Positions 48,041-56,666 of a stretch of 64,000 nucleotides of DNA are shown piece after piece. Position 1 is the stretch's first letter, and each line of letters begins with the position of its first letter. Origin of the DNA: Candidatus Saccharimonadales bacterium. GTDB taxonomy: Bacteria; Patescibacteriota; Saccharimonadia; Saccharimonadales; UBA4665. Location of the stretch: assembly GCA_035247965.1 (NCBI GenBank), contig DATFHW010000025.1, forward strand, positions 510,551 through 574,550, written 5' to 3'. The notes beneath the pieces were generated by a model. The model saw only the letters and a list, made by a program, of their open reading frames with translations. It had not been told where the DNA came from and searched no databases. Both the position numbers and the translations under genes were made by a program.

Positions 48041-48054
48041 CTTTGAGAAGGAGT
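48041..48054. repeat. 14-nt cassette-boundary inverted repeat (CTTTGAGAAGGAGT)
   Basis: Pairs with 48667-48680 and with 47879-47892. Confidence 0.65.
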
Positions 48055-48137
48055 GCGTAGAGGGTGGCAAGGCGGCCGACACAGAGCTGATGCTCCAAGC
48101 CGGCCACCAGCCCACGATTTTCTTGCAGCTTTTGCGC

Positions 48138-48395
48138 TTATGGCGTCAGGTAGGACTGCACCTGGGTGAAGAACGGCGTTAGAAGTCCGAGTGCGACGCC
48201 GAAGGTAACTCCGAAGAGCACCAATGCGGCATAAGGCACACTCTCGCGATCGAAGTGTTCCCAGATCCAGCCGATCAGGCCAGAAACAATCAGGACAGCC
48301 ACAGCAGGTGCTGTTGCAGGATGAGTTGTCCGTACAACACCCGCAGCCAGCCCAACGGCGAGCCCGAATACCACAAGCTTACGTCCAGTGTTCAT
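48138..48395 (-). CDS. block C membrane protein (85 aa, 3 TM)
   Basis: Track ORF. AAAGGGA lies upstream. Confidence 0.7.
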   Translation of the reverse strand: MNTGRKLVVFGLAVGLAAGVVRTTHPATAPAVAVLIVSGLIGWIWEHFDRESVPYAALVLFGVTFGVALGLLTPFFTQVQSYLTP

Positions 48396-48408
48396 GAATC
48401 CCTTTCGC

Positions 48409-48663
48409 TCAGTGGAACATGTTCAGTGCGACGTACACGCCGACGGCCATGCCCAAGTTGGCGGAACCGGAATACCGGCAGACCCGGGTGATGTACTGAC
48501 TCCCGCTGAGTGCTGCGATAGCGAACCACACGGCCGTGGCGAAAAAGCCGACAACACACAGCGTGTGGGCGAACCGCACGTGGTCCTGGATGTCTACCCG
48601 AATGATCTGGACACCCAGCGCGACCAGGACAGCGGTCAGTACGCAGTTGCGGAATTGTTTCAT
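48409..48663 (-). CDS. block C membrane protein (84 aa, 3 TM)
   Basis: Track ORF. GAGAAGGAG lies 3 nt upstream of the ATG. Confidence 0.7.
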   Translation of the reverse strand: MKQFRNCVLTAVLVALGVQIIRVDIQDHVRFAHTLCVVGFFATAVWFAIAALSGSQYITRVCRYSGSANLGMAVGVYVALNMFH

Positions 48664-48666
48664 GAT

Positions 48667-48680
48667 CTCCTTCTCAAAGG
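48667..48680. repeat. 14-nt cassette-boundary inverted repeat (CTCCTTCTCAAAGG; carries the SD on the minus strand)
   Basis: Reverse complement of 48041-48053 plus one extra base. Confidence 0.65.
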
Positions 48681-48708
48681 TCGGTTCTCGGTCGAGAACA
48701 TGAGGTCT

Positions 48709-48737
48709 GTTATATCATTAATCTTTTAAAATAGCAA
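48709..48737 (-). promoter_or_regulatory. promoter TTGCTA-N17-TATAAC (minus strand), followed by the hairpin GTTCTC-gacc-GAGAAC
   Basis: The plus strand shows GTTATA at 48709-48714 and TAGCAA at 48732-48737. Confidence 0.5.
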
Positions 48738-48858
48738 GGGAGGAGGGACTCGACACTAATTGACTGCAAGCGTGCCACCGGCACACTTGCTATTACTCGT
48801 TCGAGTCCCTTTTAACGCAAGAAATTAAAAAGACCACCAAATGGTGATCTTTTTAATT

Positions 48859-48945
48859 TGGTGGGCGAGGAGGGACTCGAACCCTCAAGACTGTAAGGTC
48901 AGCGGATTTTAAGTCCACCGCGTATACCAATTCCGCCACTCGCCC
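48859..48945 (-). tRNA. tRNA-Leu (anticodon UAA), CCA encoded
   Basis: 87-nt cloverleaf: acceptor GGGCGAG/CTCGCCC, anticodon loop CTTAAAA, a long variable arm, and T-arm GAGGG-TTCGAGT-CCCTC. Confidence 0.9.
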
Positions 48946-48993
48946 GCAGCGCAAAAAGCTACTGCGTATTGTAGCAGACCACCCCAGTAAAAG

Positions 48994-50373
48994 CTAGTTA
49001 GCGACTGGCCAGCTGCTAAAGCCAATTGGATTGGCGTCGTTCAGCGTTTGATCGGCAACACCTTGCGGGAAGCTGTATTCAATGTAGCGATGACTGTAGC
49101 TAGTGGTTGTTTGCTCGGTACCAGCGCCGGTTAAACCTGGGGTTGATTCGGCAACAGAGTACACCGGCAGCTGCGAAACAGGGTCAAAGTAATAGGCAAT
49201 GTGGGCGCCCTCGGTACCCGATCCAAAGAACGTGTACGGCTGCTTGGACGCGTTTAGGCCGGTGGCCAAGAAAGCGTTCATGAGGTTTTGCATGCCAAAG
49301 TAGTCGCTGCCTGATTTTTGCGGTGTAATATCCAGATCAATTTTGATGTATTGCTTGCCCTGGTTGGTCACAAGGGTCAGGTTGTTCACCTTTACCACAC
49401 CATAGCCTTTGAGCTTGCTCAAGAACGTGTTGGCTTGCGTCTCTGATAAACCGCCGGTGTTCACGCCATCGTTCAGGTGCATTGCCACAGTTGGCAATTC
49501 GCAGTCAGTACTATCGCTGGCGGCATCCCACGAGGCACCAGTGGCAATTTTGGTGGCGTTATAGTTGTACTGTTTGTCGCCAATGCAGCGCGTTAGAAAG
49601 AGCCCCAAGTTGCTATACGAGTTCTCGTTGTATGAAAACTTTTTGGAGGTGTAGTCGATAGCGGTATCGTACAAGGTGTATTGATCGCCGCGCTGACCGT
49701 CTTTTTGGGCGGTGTAATACTCGTCCCATTTGGTCTGCACAATCTGTTGCATGGCGGCTTTTTTGAAAATCGTGTAAAACGTGGCAGTTTTGTCCAGGCC
49801 ATTTACCTGGTCATTGGTGATTGTACCGTTGGCCAAGGCAGCTATTGCATCATTATTATACGCAATAGCTGTGTTCGCTTGCGCCTGTTTTTGGTTGGCC
49901 GTGTCTTGCGACATTTTGGTCCACACGGTGATTGCCAAAATAATAGCCGGAATGATCACCAAAAGACCCACACCAATCCACGCCAAAAAGCGCTGCTTTT
50001 TTTGCTGTGGCGACAATGGCGAGCCACTAGAATTGTGCGACAACTGTGGCAGTTCGGGCATCTGGCCACCGTATTGCTGAGTCGGCGCAATCGGCTGATT
50101 CGGCCCTGCCCCCGCGTTCCATGGCTGCGGTGTTACTGGCTGCTGCCATTGGTGTTGCGCTGGCTGCTGAGGCTGCGGTGCAGCTTGCTGATGTTGCTCG
50201 TGTGGTCGAGTAAACGGCGAGGTCTGCGCATTTGGCACCTGGGTTTCAGACAAAGGATGCTGCCAGGTTATTTCTCCCTGTTCAAAGGTATTTGGAACCG
50301 GCTTCTGAGTGTTTTCAGAAGGTTCATTTGGCTGATAGGGTTTGGGTGACCACGGCTGGTTATCTGGATCCAT
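48994..50373 (-). CDS. hypothetical membrane-anchored protein with a Pro/Gln-rich N-terminus
   Basis: 459 aa. A low-complexity PQ region, one TM, and a large extracytoplasmic domain. Confidence 0.65.
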   Translation of the reverse strand: MDPDNQPWSPKPYQPNEPSENTQKPVPNTFEQGEITWQHPLSETQVPNAQTSPFTRPHEQHQQAAPQPQQPAQHQWQQPVTPQPWNAGAGPNQPIAPTQQYGGQMPELPQLSHNSSGSPLSPQQKKQRFLAWIGVGLLVIIPAIILAITVWTKMSQDTANQKQAQANTAIAYNNDAIAALANGTITNDQVNGLDKTATFYTIFKKAAMQQIVQTKWDEYYTAQKDGQRGDQYTLYDTAIDYTSKKFSYNENSYSNLGLFLTRCIGDKQYNYNATKIATGASWDAASDSTDCELPTVAMHLNDGVNTGGLSETQANTFLSKLKGYGVVKVNNLTLVTNQGKQYIKIDLDITPQKSGSDYFGMQNLMNAFLATGLNASKQPYTFFGSGTEGAHIAYYFDPVSQLPVYSVAESTPGLTGAGTEQTTTSYSHRYIEYSFPQGVADQTLNDANPIGFSSWPVAN

Positions 50374-50447
50374 AGTATTTAGTATAGTCGCTTCACGCTT
50401 GATTTATCTACATTATAGCAAAAATAGTCCACCCATAGTGAACTATT

Positions 50448-50521
50448 TGGAGGCACCGACCGGATTTGAACCGGTGTACAAGGTTTTGCAGACCTCTGCG
50501 TAACCACTCCGCCACGGCGCC
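50448..50521 (-). tRNA. tRNA-Cys (anticodon GCA), CCA encoded
   Basis: 74 nt: acceptor GGCGCCG/CGGTGCC, anticodon loop CTGCAAA, and T-arm ACCGG-TTCAAAT-CCGGT. Confidence 0.9.
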
Positions 50522-50586
50522 GTACCGGGTTAACGAGTGCTATTGTACCAGCTTTTTGCGGCAATGAACAGATAGACCTGCGCGCT

Positions 50587-51366
50587 TTATTGCGCTTTGC
50601 CGCCTTTTTTCCAATTTACCGCCAGCAAGAACGGCGCAAACAAGTCTTCTTCTACCGGAATGATCGTTTCTTGCAGTTCTTCGGCGCTTGGATCGCGGCC
50701 TTGAAATGTTACAAACGGCACGTCGCTTACTACGGCAATCGGCGTTTGCTCGGTTCCCTCGCCCATCTGTAAAACGGCTGCGGCCGAAATACCGCCGGCA
50801 ATGTCGGCCTGCGACACCGCAAATGGTCGGCCAAACAGATCTGGCTTCCCTACATAATTGTTGAGTGCGCTAAAACCGCTGTGCGCCAGAGTAATGCCCA
50901 TGGTGCCACGGCGTAACGGATGGCAGGTACTGTCGGTAATCACCACACCCACGTTTTGCAGATTGAAGCGGTTGCGCAAATATACCCGAATATCGTTGGC
51001 GGTTTTTTGTGGATCACGCGGCCACAAAACGTAATCATCGCCACCGTTTGAGCCGTCGATGCCGGCCGCCGGAATCAGCGTGTTGTCATTAATGGTAAAG
51101 TGATGGCCGTATTTGCTGAGCTCAGCTGGCAGGTAGCGTTCGGATTCCTGAATAATCAGCGCTTCGCGGTCGGTGCCTTCCATGGGAACCACGGCGCCCT
51201 CACACAATGAAACAATTTTAGAGGTAATTGCTACCACGCTTCCCTCTTCCAGCTGATCCAGGTAGCGGTCCAGTAAGTCAGTTAAGCTAAGCACGCCAGC
51301 GGTAATTACATCAGTTTTTACAGTTCGGACTATCATAGTGGGCAGTATACCAGGCTTTTTTGGCAA
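50587..51366 (-). CDS. CofE-like (F420-0:gamma-glutamyl ligase family) protein
   Basis: AITSKIVSLCEG, IPAAGIDGSN and VITDS motifs resemble the CofE/FbiB N-domain family. Confidence 0.55.
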   Translation of the reverse strand: MPKKPGILPTMIVRTVKTDVITAGVLSLTDLLDRYLDQLEEGSVVAITSKIVSLCEGAVVPMEGTDREALIIQESERYLPAELSKYGHHFTINDNTLIPAAGIDGSNGGDDYVLWPRDPQKTANDIRVYLRNRFNLQNVGVVITDSTCHPLRRGTMGITLAHSGFSALNNYVGKPDLFGRPFAVSQADIAGGISAAAVLQMGEGTEQTPIAVVSDVPFVTFQGRDPSAEELQETIIPVEEDLFAPFLLAVNWKKGGKAQ

Positions 51367-51386
51367 ACAAAAAGCCCCGTGGGGCG
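51365..51386 (-). terminator. rho-independent terminator of block D
   Basis: On the minus strand: GCCCC-ac-GGGGC followed by TTTTTGTTT. Confidence 0.6.
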
Positions 51387-51543
51387 TGTAGTTCGTGTGG
51401 GATGGTTCAAGCGGACAATTCGGGGAAAACGGGGTGGGGCGTGGAAGCCCAGTGGTGGCACTTCCACGCCCGCGGTTCTCCGTTCCTTCGATCGTAGGTG
51501 GCCAGATGGCCGGGTCAGGTTGGCCGACGGCCGAGGTTCTTGG

Positions 51544-52446
51544 TCAGGCGGCGAGCTCGGCGTTCTCCAGGAGGACCTTCAGGCTCCTCAGGATCTGTCC
51601 GATCCCGGAGAGCGGGTTCTGGGCCTGCCAGATGGGCTGGCCTTCGACGCCGACCTGGATGGTGTCGCCGAACATGAACAGCTGGCTGCCGTTGTGGTCG
51701 TACGACTTGTCGAGGTCGCGGGCGGCGAGACGGAACTGGCCGGCGGCCTGGATCGTGTTCGGCGCGTTGCCGATGACCAGCGTGTAGTGGTCGGCGTCCA
51801 GGAGCTCGCGGTGCTCGTCGAAGAGCTGCTCCAGGACGTCGGCGGCGTGACCGCTCTCGACGGGGATCAGCTGCGTCCTTGCGAAGCCGGCGGCCGCGAG
51901 CGCGGGCTCGATGAACCGGTCGACGAACGCCGCCTCGGTGGGCAGCCTCCCGCTCTCGTTGGCGAACGTGCGGACCAGCTGGTGCTCGGCGACGCTCATG
52001 ACACGGTTGCCCATCGGCAGGAGGACCTGTCCGACGGAGTTGGGGTCGATCCGCTGGGCGAGCGCCAGACGCCGGAGCATCCAGTTGGCGACGCCGCCCG
52101 AGAAGACGAGCGTGTCGACCTGCTGCGGTACGGCCACGGTGGGGTCGCAGAACGACCCGCGGAGCGCGGCCATGGCGCCGGAGCGCTGCAGCCAGTCGGC
52201 GCCGACCTGGAACGCGTCCTCGCCGAGGTACTTGAGGGCATGGACGATGTTGTCCTGGAGCGTCTTGTGCGGAGCCACCTTGCTGGTGACTTCGCTCAGG
52301 AACTGGGACGTGAGCTGGTCGGGGACCGCCAGGCCGAAGGACTGGATGATCTCTGTCAGGACGCCGCCGTTCTCGCTCTCACCGATGGTGAGGAGCAGGT
52401 CGGGGTGGTTCCGCACGGCGTGCAGGCTGTAGCAGCCGAAGTGCAT
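51544..52446 (-). CDS. block D soluble protein of unknown function (300 aa)
   Basis: Internal ATG of track ORF 51544..52530, preceded by GGAGGGA. GC3-rich. No TM helix and no recognised motif. Confidence 0.65.
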   Translation of the reverse strand: MHFGCYSLHAVRNHPDLLLTIGESENGGVLTEIIQSFGLAVPDQLTSQFLSEVTSKVAPHKTLQDNIVHALKYLGEDAFQVGADWLQRSGAMAALRGSFCDPTVAVPQQVDTLVFSGGVANWMLRRLALAQRIDPNSVGQVLLPMGNRVMSVAEHQLVRTFANESGRLPTEAAFVDRFIEPALAAAGFARTQLIPVESGHAADVLEQLFDEHRELLDADHYTLVIGNAPNTIQAAGQFRLAARDLDKSYDHNGSQLFMFGDTIQVGVEGQPIWQAQNPLSGIGQILRSLKVLLENAELAA

Positions 52447-52526
52447 GATGAATCCCTCCGAAGGGGCTAGAATTGTCTGCTTGAACGAGCTGTGATGGAT
52501 CTGTAAAAGCCTCCAAAACAGCCTAT

Positions 52527-52555
52527 ACAATACTATGATTCACCTTTTTTTGCAA
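52527..52555 (-). promoter_or_regulatory. promoter TTGCAA-N17-TATTGT (minus strand)
   Basis: The plus strand shows ACAATA at 52527-52532 and TTGCAA at 52550-52555. Confidence 0.4.
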
Positions 52556-52598
52556 GCCACCGAACAACTACGCCTTCAGGATATTTGCGACTTGCTAG

Positions 52599-53063
52599 CT
52601 ACGCTTCTTTTTTATGAGCTAGTGGCTTAGCCGACGCTGCAATGCCAATGGCCACCGCTACAACCACCACGTTCTTGATAATGTACTGCCCTTCCAGCGT
52701 GGGCACGCCAAATTGTTGCCAGGTATATTCCGACACCAACACCAGTGGCGAGCACACAATAATCATGTGAAATAACAGGAGTGGAATAACAACTCGTGTT
52801 GCCTTGGGGAACAAAAACAAAATGCCAATAACGCACTCCAGCGCCGCCAGCACGTAAAACAAGACATCAAAATATTGAGCACCCACCGTTTTGGCAGTCA
52901 GCGCTTCGGCAAGTGGGCTCGCCGGGCTCAGCCCCAGTAGCTTTATAAATCCGAACCAAAAGAACACCACAAAAATCGACACCCGCGCCACTGGCACGAA
53001 CGTTCGACGAAAGAAGGCAATGAGCTGTAAATCTAGGTCAGTTATTTTTGGTTTTGCGCTCAT
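52599..53063 (-). CDS. small polytopic membrane protein (DoxX/DUF417-like, uncertain)
   Basis: 154 aa with 4 hydrophobic helices. Confidence 0.5.
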   Translation of the reverse strand: MSAKPKITDLDLQLIAFFRRTFVPVARVSIFVVFFWFGFIKLLGLSPASPLAEALTAKTVGAQYFDVLFYVLAALECVIGILFLFPKATRVVIPLLLFHMIIVCSPLVLVSEYTWQQFGVPTLEGQYIIKNVVVVAVAIGIAASAKPLAHKKEA

Positions 53064-53107
53064 GCTTACAGTATAACATTGCGCCGGTCGATCTTGCCTG
53101 TGACGTT

Positions 53108-53788
53108 TTACAACGCAAGCTCTTTTTGCAGAATATACAAAATGCGCTTGCGAGATTCGTCGTCGTCAAAGTTATGGTTTCCGTCCAGGGTGACAAACGA
53201 AATAGCGGGATCGATGCCCTCGAAATTCTGCGAGCCAAGCACTTCGTCGTTACGAGCGTTGATGATACGCAGCGCCGTAAATCGCGCCAGGCGATTATAC
53301 AGCTTTACGGGCACAATGCCAGCAAGGCTCTGCCAATATTCAGGACGCACAACAGTAGTGCTGCCATCAGCACGCGGCAGGCGTGTTCGGCTATTGACGT
53401 CAATGTCTACCCCAGTAAGCGATTCTAATTGCTTAACAAGTACAGCTTCGCTGACATCATCTGGGGGCGTCAGCATAATAACTTTGCGAATGCCGCGTGG
53501 CTTCAAAATTGCAGCCGGAACACAACCCTGTGAATGGCACACCAGATCAATAACCGCGCCCGGATACTCGATTCGTGCAGTGTTAATAACCTTGCGAAGC
53601 TTTTGAGCTTGCTCGTTGAGCGGCTTGGCGGTTAGGGTGTTTGTTTTATCGTTAATGGGATTGTAATGAAACATAACATGTTCAGCATCGGGCGCAACTT
53701 TGGCAATCGCCGTGAACAAACCCCGGTCGTCTTTGCGGACACCAAAGCCATGCGAATAAATAATAACGTGTGGACTTGTAGAATTCAT
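53108..53788 (-). CDS. alpha/beta hydrolase
   Basis: IIYSHGFG N-terminus and a nucleophile-elbow-like CHSQG. Confidence 0.65.
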   Translation of the reverse strand: MNSTSPHVIIYSHGFGVRKDDRGLFTAIAKVAPDAEHVMFHYNPINDKTNTLTAKPLNEQAQKLRKVINTARIEYPGAVIDLVCHSQGCVPAAILKPRGIRKVIMLTPPDDVSEAVLVKQLESLTGVDIDVNSRTRLPRADGSTTVVRPEYWQSLAGIVPVKLYNRLARFTALRIINARNDEVLGSQNFEGIDPAISFVTLDGNHNFDDDESRKRILYILQKELAL

Positions 53789-53995
53789 TTATTTGTTCTT
53801 TAGATATTTTCCGGCGACGCTGAGGGCAAATGAAGGCAAAATTATAAACACCGTTGCCATCAGGAGTCGCATAATAACTCGGTTAAAGTCCGACATGTCG
53901 TTATCGTTTTGAGGCAAGGTAAGAACCTGAATAATGCCCAAAACACCAAACGCCACGGATGCACCAATAAAAATTCTTGTAGCTGCTTTTTGCAT
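53789..53995 (-). CDS. small 2-TM membrane protein (short start chosen; the track start at 54139 overlaps the upstream gene)
   Basis: The Met at 53995 (MQKAATRIF) is preceded by TGGTATTAT-N6, which looks leaderless. Confidence 0.45.
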   Translation of the reverse strand: MQKAATRIFIGASVAFGVLGIIQVLTLPQNDNDMSDFNRVIMRLLMATVFIILPSFALSVAGKYLKNK

Positions 53996-54080
53996 AGTTA
54001 CATAATACCAAATTCTGTTTGATACGGTTGCAATTTTATACTTTGCCGCCTTTCCAGTTCCACCATTTAAGTTTTTTGCC

Positions 54081-54683
54081 TTAAAGGTCGCCCACGGTCC
54101 CAGTTTTGACTTCTCCGGCACGGACGTATCGTGCGGCAATTACGCCAGTTTTGCCCACGTGACTCTCGGTAAGCGTAAAAGTTCTGGGAGCTGCGCCCTC
54201 GGCAAAGAGTTTTTTGCCCTGGCCAAGAATAATCGGGTACGTCATAAGGCAAAGCTCGTCGACCAAATTGTTGGCAAGGAGTAATTGCACCACCTTACTA
54301 CTGCCCCATACATGAAGGTCTGGGCCATCTGATTCCTTCAGTCTTTTAATGTCTTCCAGATTGCGCAAGAACGTCGTATTCTGCCAATTTGTGTCGGTCT
54401 GCGTTCCAGAAAGCACGTATTTCATATTCTTGTTAATGAACGGCCACACGTCACCATGTTTAGGCCAGTAATTCGACCAGATTTCAAAAGTGTAGCCGCC
54501 CAACAGAAATTCAACGTCAGATTTGAGCGCCGGTCCAGTTATGGCAGCGGCGGCATCGTCGTCCATAAAGGGTGCCTGCCAGCCGCCAAACTCAAACTTT
54601 GCCGACGGGTCTTCCTCGGGTCCGCCCGGTGCCTGCATAACACCGTCAATGGTTATAAATTCTTGCACGATAATCTTGCGCAT
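54081..54683 (-). CDS. dihydrofolate reductase-like (RibD C-terminal domain) family protein
   Basis: MRKIIVQEFITIDGVMQAPGGPEED N-terminus is typical of this family. Confidence 0.7.
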   Translation of the reverse strand: MRKIIVQEFITIDGVMQAPGGPEEDPSAKFEFGGWQAPFMDDDAAAAITGPALKSDVEFLLGGYTFEIWSNYWPKHGDVWPFINKNMKYVLSGTQTDTNWQNTTFLRNLEDIKRLKESDGPDLHVWGSSKVVQLLLANNLVDELCLMTYPIILGQGKKLFAEGAAPRTFTLTESHVGKTGVIAARYVRAGEVKTGTVGDL

Positions 54684-54695
54684 GATCGCCGCCGC

Positions 54696-55190
54696 CTAGA
54701 TGACTTTTGCTAAGTTATCAAGTTCGTTCTGACGACCGGCAACAAGCCGACCGGTCCATTCTTCATCGTGTAGTGGCTGCATTTCCATAGTGACTTTGGT
54801 GGTGTTGTCATCAATTGATTCCAGGTTCACCACAGTCAGAAAGTTATAGGGCTCGTGGCCAGGGACAAAATCAACTAACGAATTATAAGACAGCTTTTTG
54901 TCTTCTTCTAACTCTACAAATGTTTTACGCGAGGTGGTGGCGAGCGGCATTCCCATTGACTGCATAAATTCAATCTGAGGCTGCGCAGTAGCAGTCATGG
55001 TGTAAACTAATTCACCTTCTGGCTTGAGCTCCAGCTTTTCAACCTTAACGGTGAAACCTTCAGGCGCCCACCAAGACTGAATGCCCTCGGGCGTTGTCCA
55101 TAACTCCCAAATTTTGTGAGGAGTAGCAGCATAAACCTTTTCTAATCTGATTGGTGCAACTTGTTGATTTACATTTGTTTCGTCTGTCAT
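54696..55190 (-). CDS. SRPBCC / AHSA1-like protein
   Basis: The segment PHKIWELWTTPEGIQSWWAPEGF resembles SRPBCC/AHSA1 proteins. Confidence 0.65.
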   Translation of the reverse strand: MTDETNVNQQVAPIRLEKVYAATPHKIWELWTTPEGIQSWWAPEGFTVKVEKLELKPEGELVYTMTATAQPQIEFMQSMGMPLATTSRKTFVELEEDKKLSYNSLVDFVPGHEPYNFLTVVNLESIDDNTTKVTMEMQPLHDEEWTGRLVAGRQNELDNLAKVI

Positions 55191-55214
55191 AGGTGTTCCT
55201 TTTGTTACATGACC

Positions 55215-56666
55215 TTATTCGTAATGCAGGGCCTCTACTGGATCGAGGCGCGCAGCACGGCGCGCTGGATACAAGCCAGCCAAGATGCCGATGATGGTTG
55301 TTAAGCCAATAACGCTCAGTATGAGCCATGGTGGCAAGGTGATAATGTTGGAGCTCGTTATATTGTTGCTGGCAAGCTGTTTGTTGAGGAATGGGTTAGC
55401 AATAAGTGTTAGGACCCAACCAATCAGTAAACCAAAAACGCCGCCAAAGAAGCCAAGCAGTGCTGCCTCAAATGTAAACAGTCGGCTGACGGTACCACGC
55501 CGCGCGCCTACAGCACGCATAACGCCAATTTCCCGGGTGCGCTCTAGGATGGACATAATCATGGTATTAACCACGCCAACCGCAGCCACGACGAGTGCAA
55601 TGCCTCCTATGCCGCCAAGCACCATACCAAGAATATTAAAGATACTAAGCTGCTGTTTGATCTGTGTTTGAGCATCGGCCGAACCAACTTTGTATGTATT
55701 GCGTATGGCCGTGGCTACGCCTGCCGCATTAGAAGACTGGTCTGCTTTGACAATAAAAGAGCCGTAACCTTGCTTGGCCAATTCGTCCGTAACGGTAATG
55801 CTCGATGGCTGTGGCTGTGAATTACAGTTTGGTGTGCGAGCAGCACGGCATTTGGCTTGGGCGGCGTCTTGATCTGCCTGCGTTATCTGAGGCGTTTGGG
55901 TTTCTTGCATAGCACGAGCCCATTCCAGCGGAACGCGGATGACGTAGTTGCCGCTATCATTGCTGGCAGCAACACCCACAATGGTACCGGTTAGCGTTAC
56001 GGGCGGTGGGTTGTAATCACGGCCATCCTGGCCTGGATGCGCTTGGAACCATGCCTGTTGATCTTTATAGGTCTGGAGCGGGTCAGAGCCAACGCCGCTG
56101 TAATAATTCTGAGTCACCAGCCCAACCTGCTTGCCAATCAGCGCTTGATAATTGTGCTTAAAGCCTAGTTTGTCCGCATAGTCAGAACTAATAGTGAGTA
56201 CGCCCGTCTTGTCAGCTTGTCTAATGTCACGGCCGGCCAGTATCTGGTTGGTTAAAATACCGTTGGCGTCATAGGCAGTGATTTGTTGGGTGCGCAATTT
56301 TTGACTACCATACGTCAGCGCCTGAAATTGGCCAACTTGTGTCACGCGTGTTAAACCCGCTACATGCTGCATCGATGCAATCTTGTTCGCCAGATCATCC
56401 GTTAGCTTTACGCAATTTTGACAGTTGTAGCTGCCGTTACTGTGATCGTCCCAGGTTATGTCAGTCTGTGGCGACACAGCCACCTGTTGAAATGTACCAT
56501 TTGCCTCGAGCTGCTTAGTCATAAAACCCTTCAGGCTAAAGACCACCGACAGCATAATGGTCACGCTGGTTGCACCGATTACCACGGCAAAAATAGTCAG
56601 CGCACTGCGCAGTTTTTGGCGCCAAATGTTATGCAAGGCAATAGTAATGTAGTCCGTAAATCTCAT
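55215..56666 (-). CDS. ABC transporter permease, FtsX/MacB type
   Basis: N-terminal ALHNIWRQKLRSALT, a large periplasmic-type loop, and a C-terminal FtsX 3-TM domain. Confidence 0.85.
   Translation of the reverse strand: MRFTDYITIALHNIWRQKLRSALTIFAVVIGATSVTIMLSVVFSLKGFMTKQLEANGTFQQVAVSPQTDITWDDHSNGSYNCQNCVKLTDDLANKIASMQHVAGLTRVTQVGQFQALTYGSQKLRTQQITAYDANGILTNQILAGRDIRQADKTGVLTISSDYADKLGFKHNYQALIGKQVGLVTQNYYSGVGSDPLQTYKDQQAWFQAHPGQDGRDYNPPPVTLTGTIVGVAASNDSGNYVIRVPLEWARAMQETQTPQITQADQDAAQAKCRAARTPNCNSQPQPSSITVTDELAKQGYGSFIVKADQSSNAAGVATAIRNTYKVGSADAQTQIKQQLSIFNILGMVLGGIGGIALVVAAVGVVNTMIMSILERTREIGVMRAVGARRGTVSRLFTFEAALLGFFGGVFGLLIGWVLTLIANPFLNKQLASNNITSSNIITLPPWLILSVIGLTTIIGILAGLYPARRAARLDPVEALHYE

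Noticed and set aside
46960-48740. CRISPR array or integron attC sites as the nature of the repeated linkers in block C
   Set aside because: The repeats are not short, regularly spaced direct repeats separated by unique spacers. The units contain SD-led ORFs. No GTTRRRY/RYYYAAC core pair could be matched, and no integron integrase is present in the window.
50379-50564. 61-aa ORF in the track
   Set aside because: It lies entirely over tRNA-Cys(GCA) on the same strand, so it is spurious.
53996-54139. Long start of ORF 53789..54139
   Set aside because: It would overlap the upstream DHFR-like gene by 59 nt. The internal Met at 53995, with a -10 box just upstream, gives a compact 2-TM protein.
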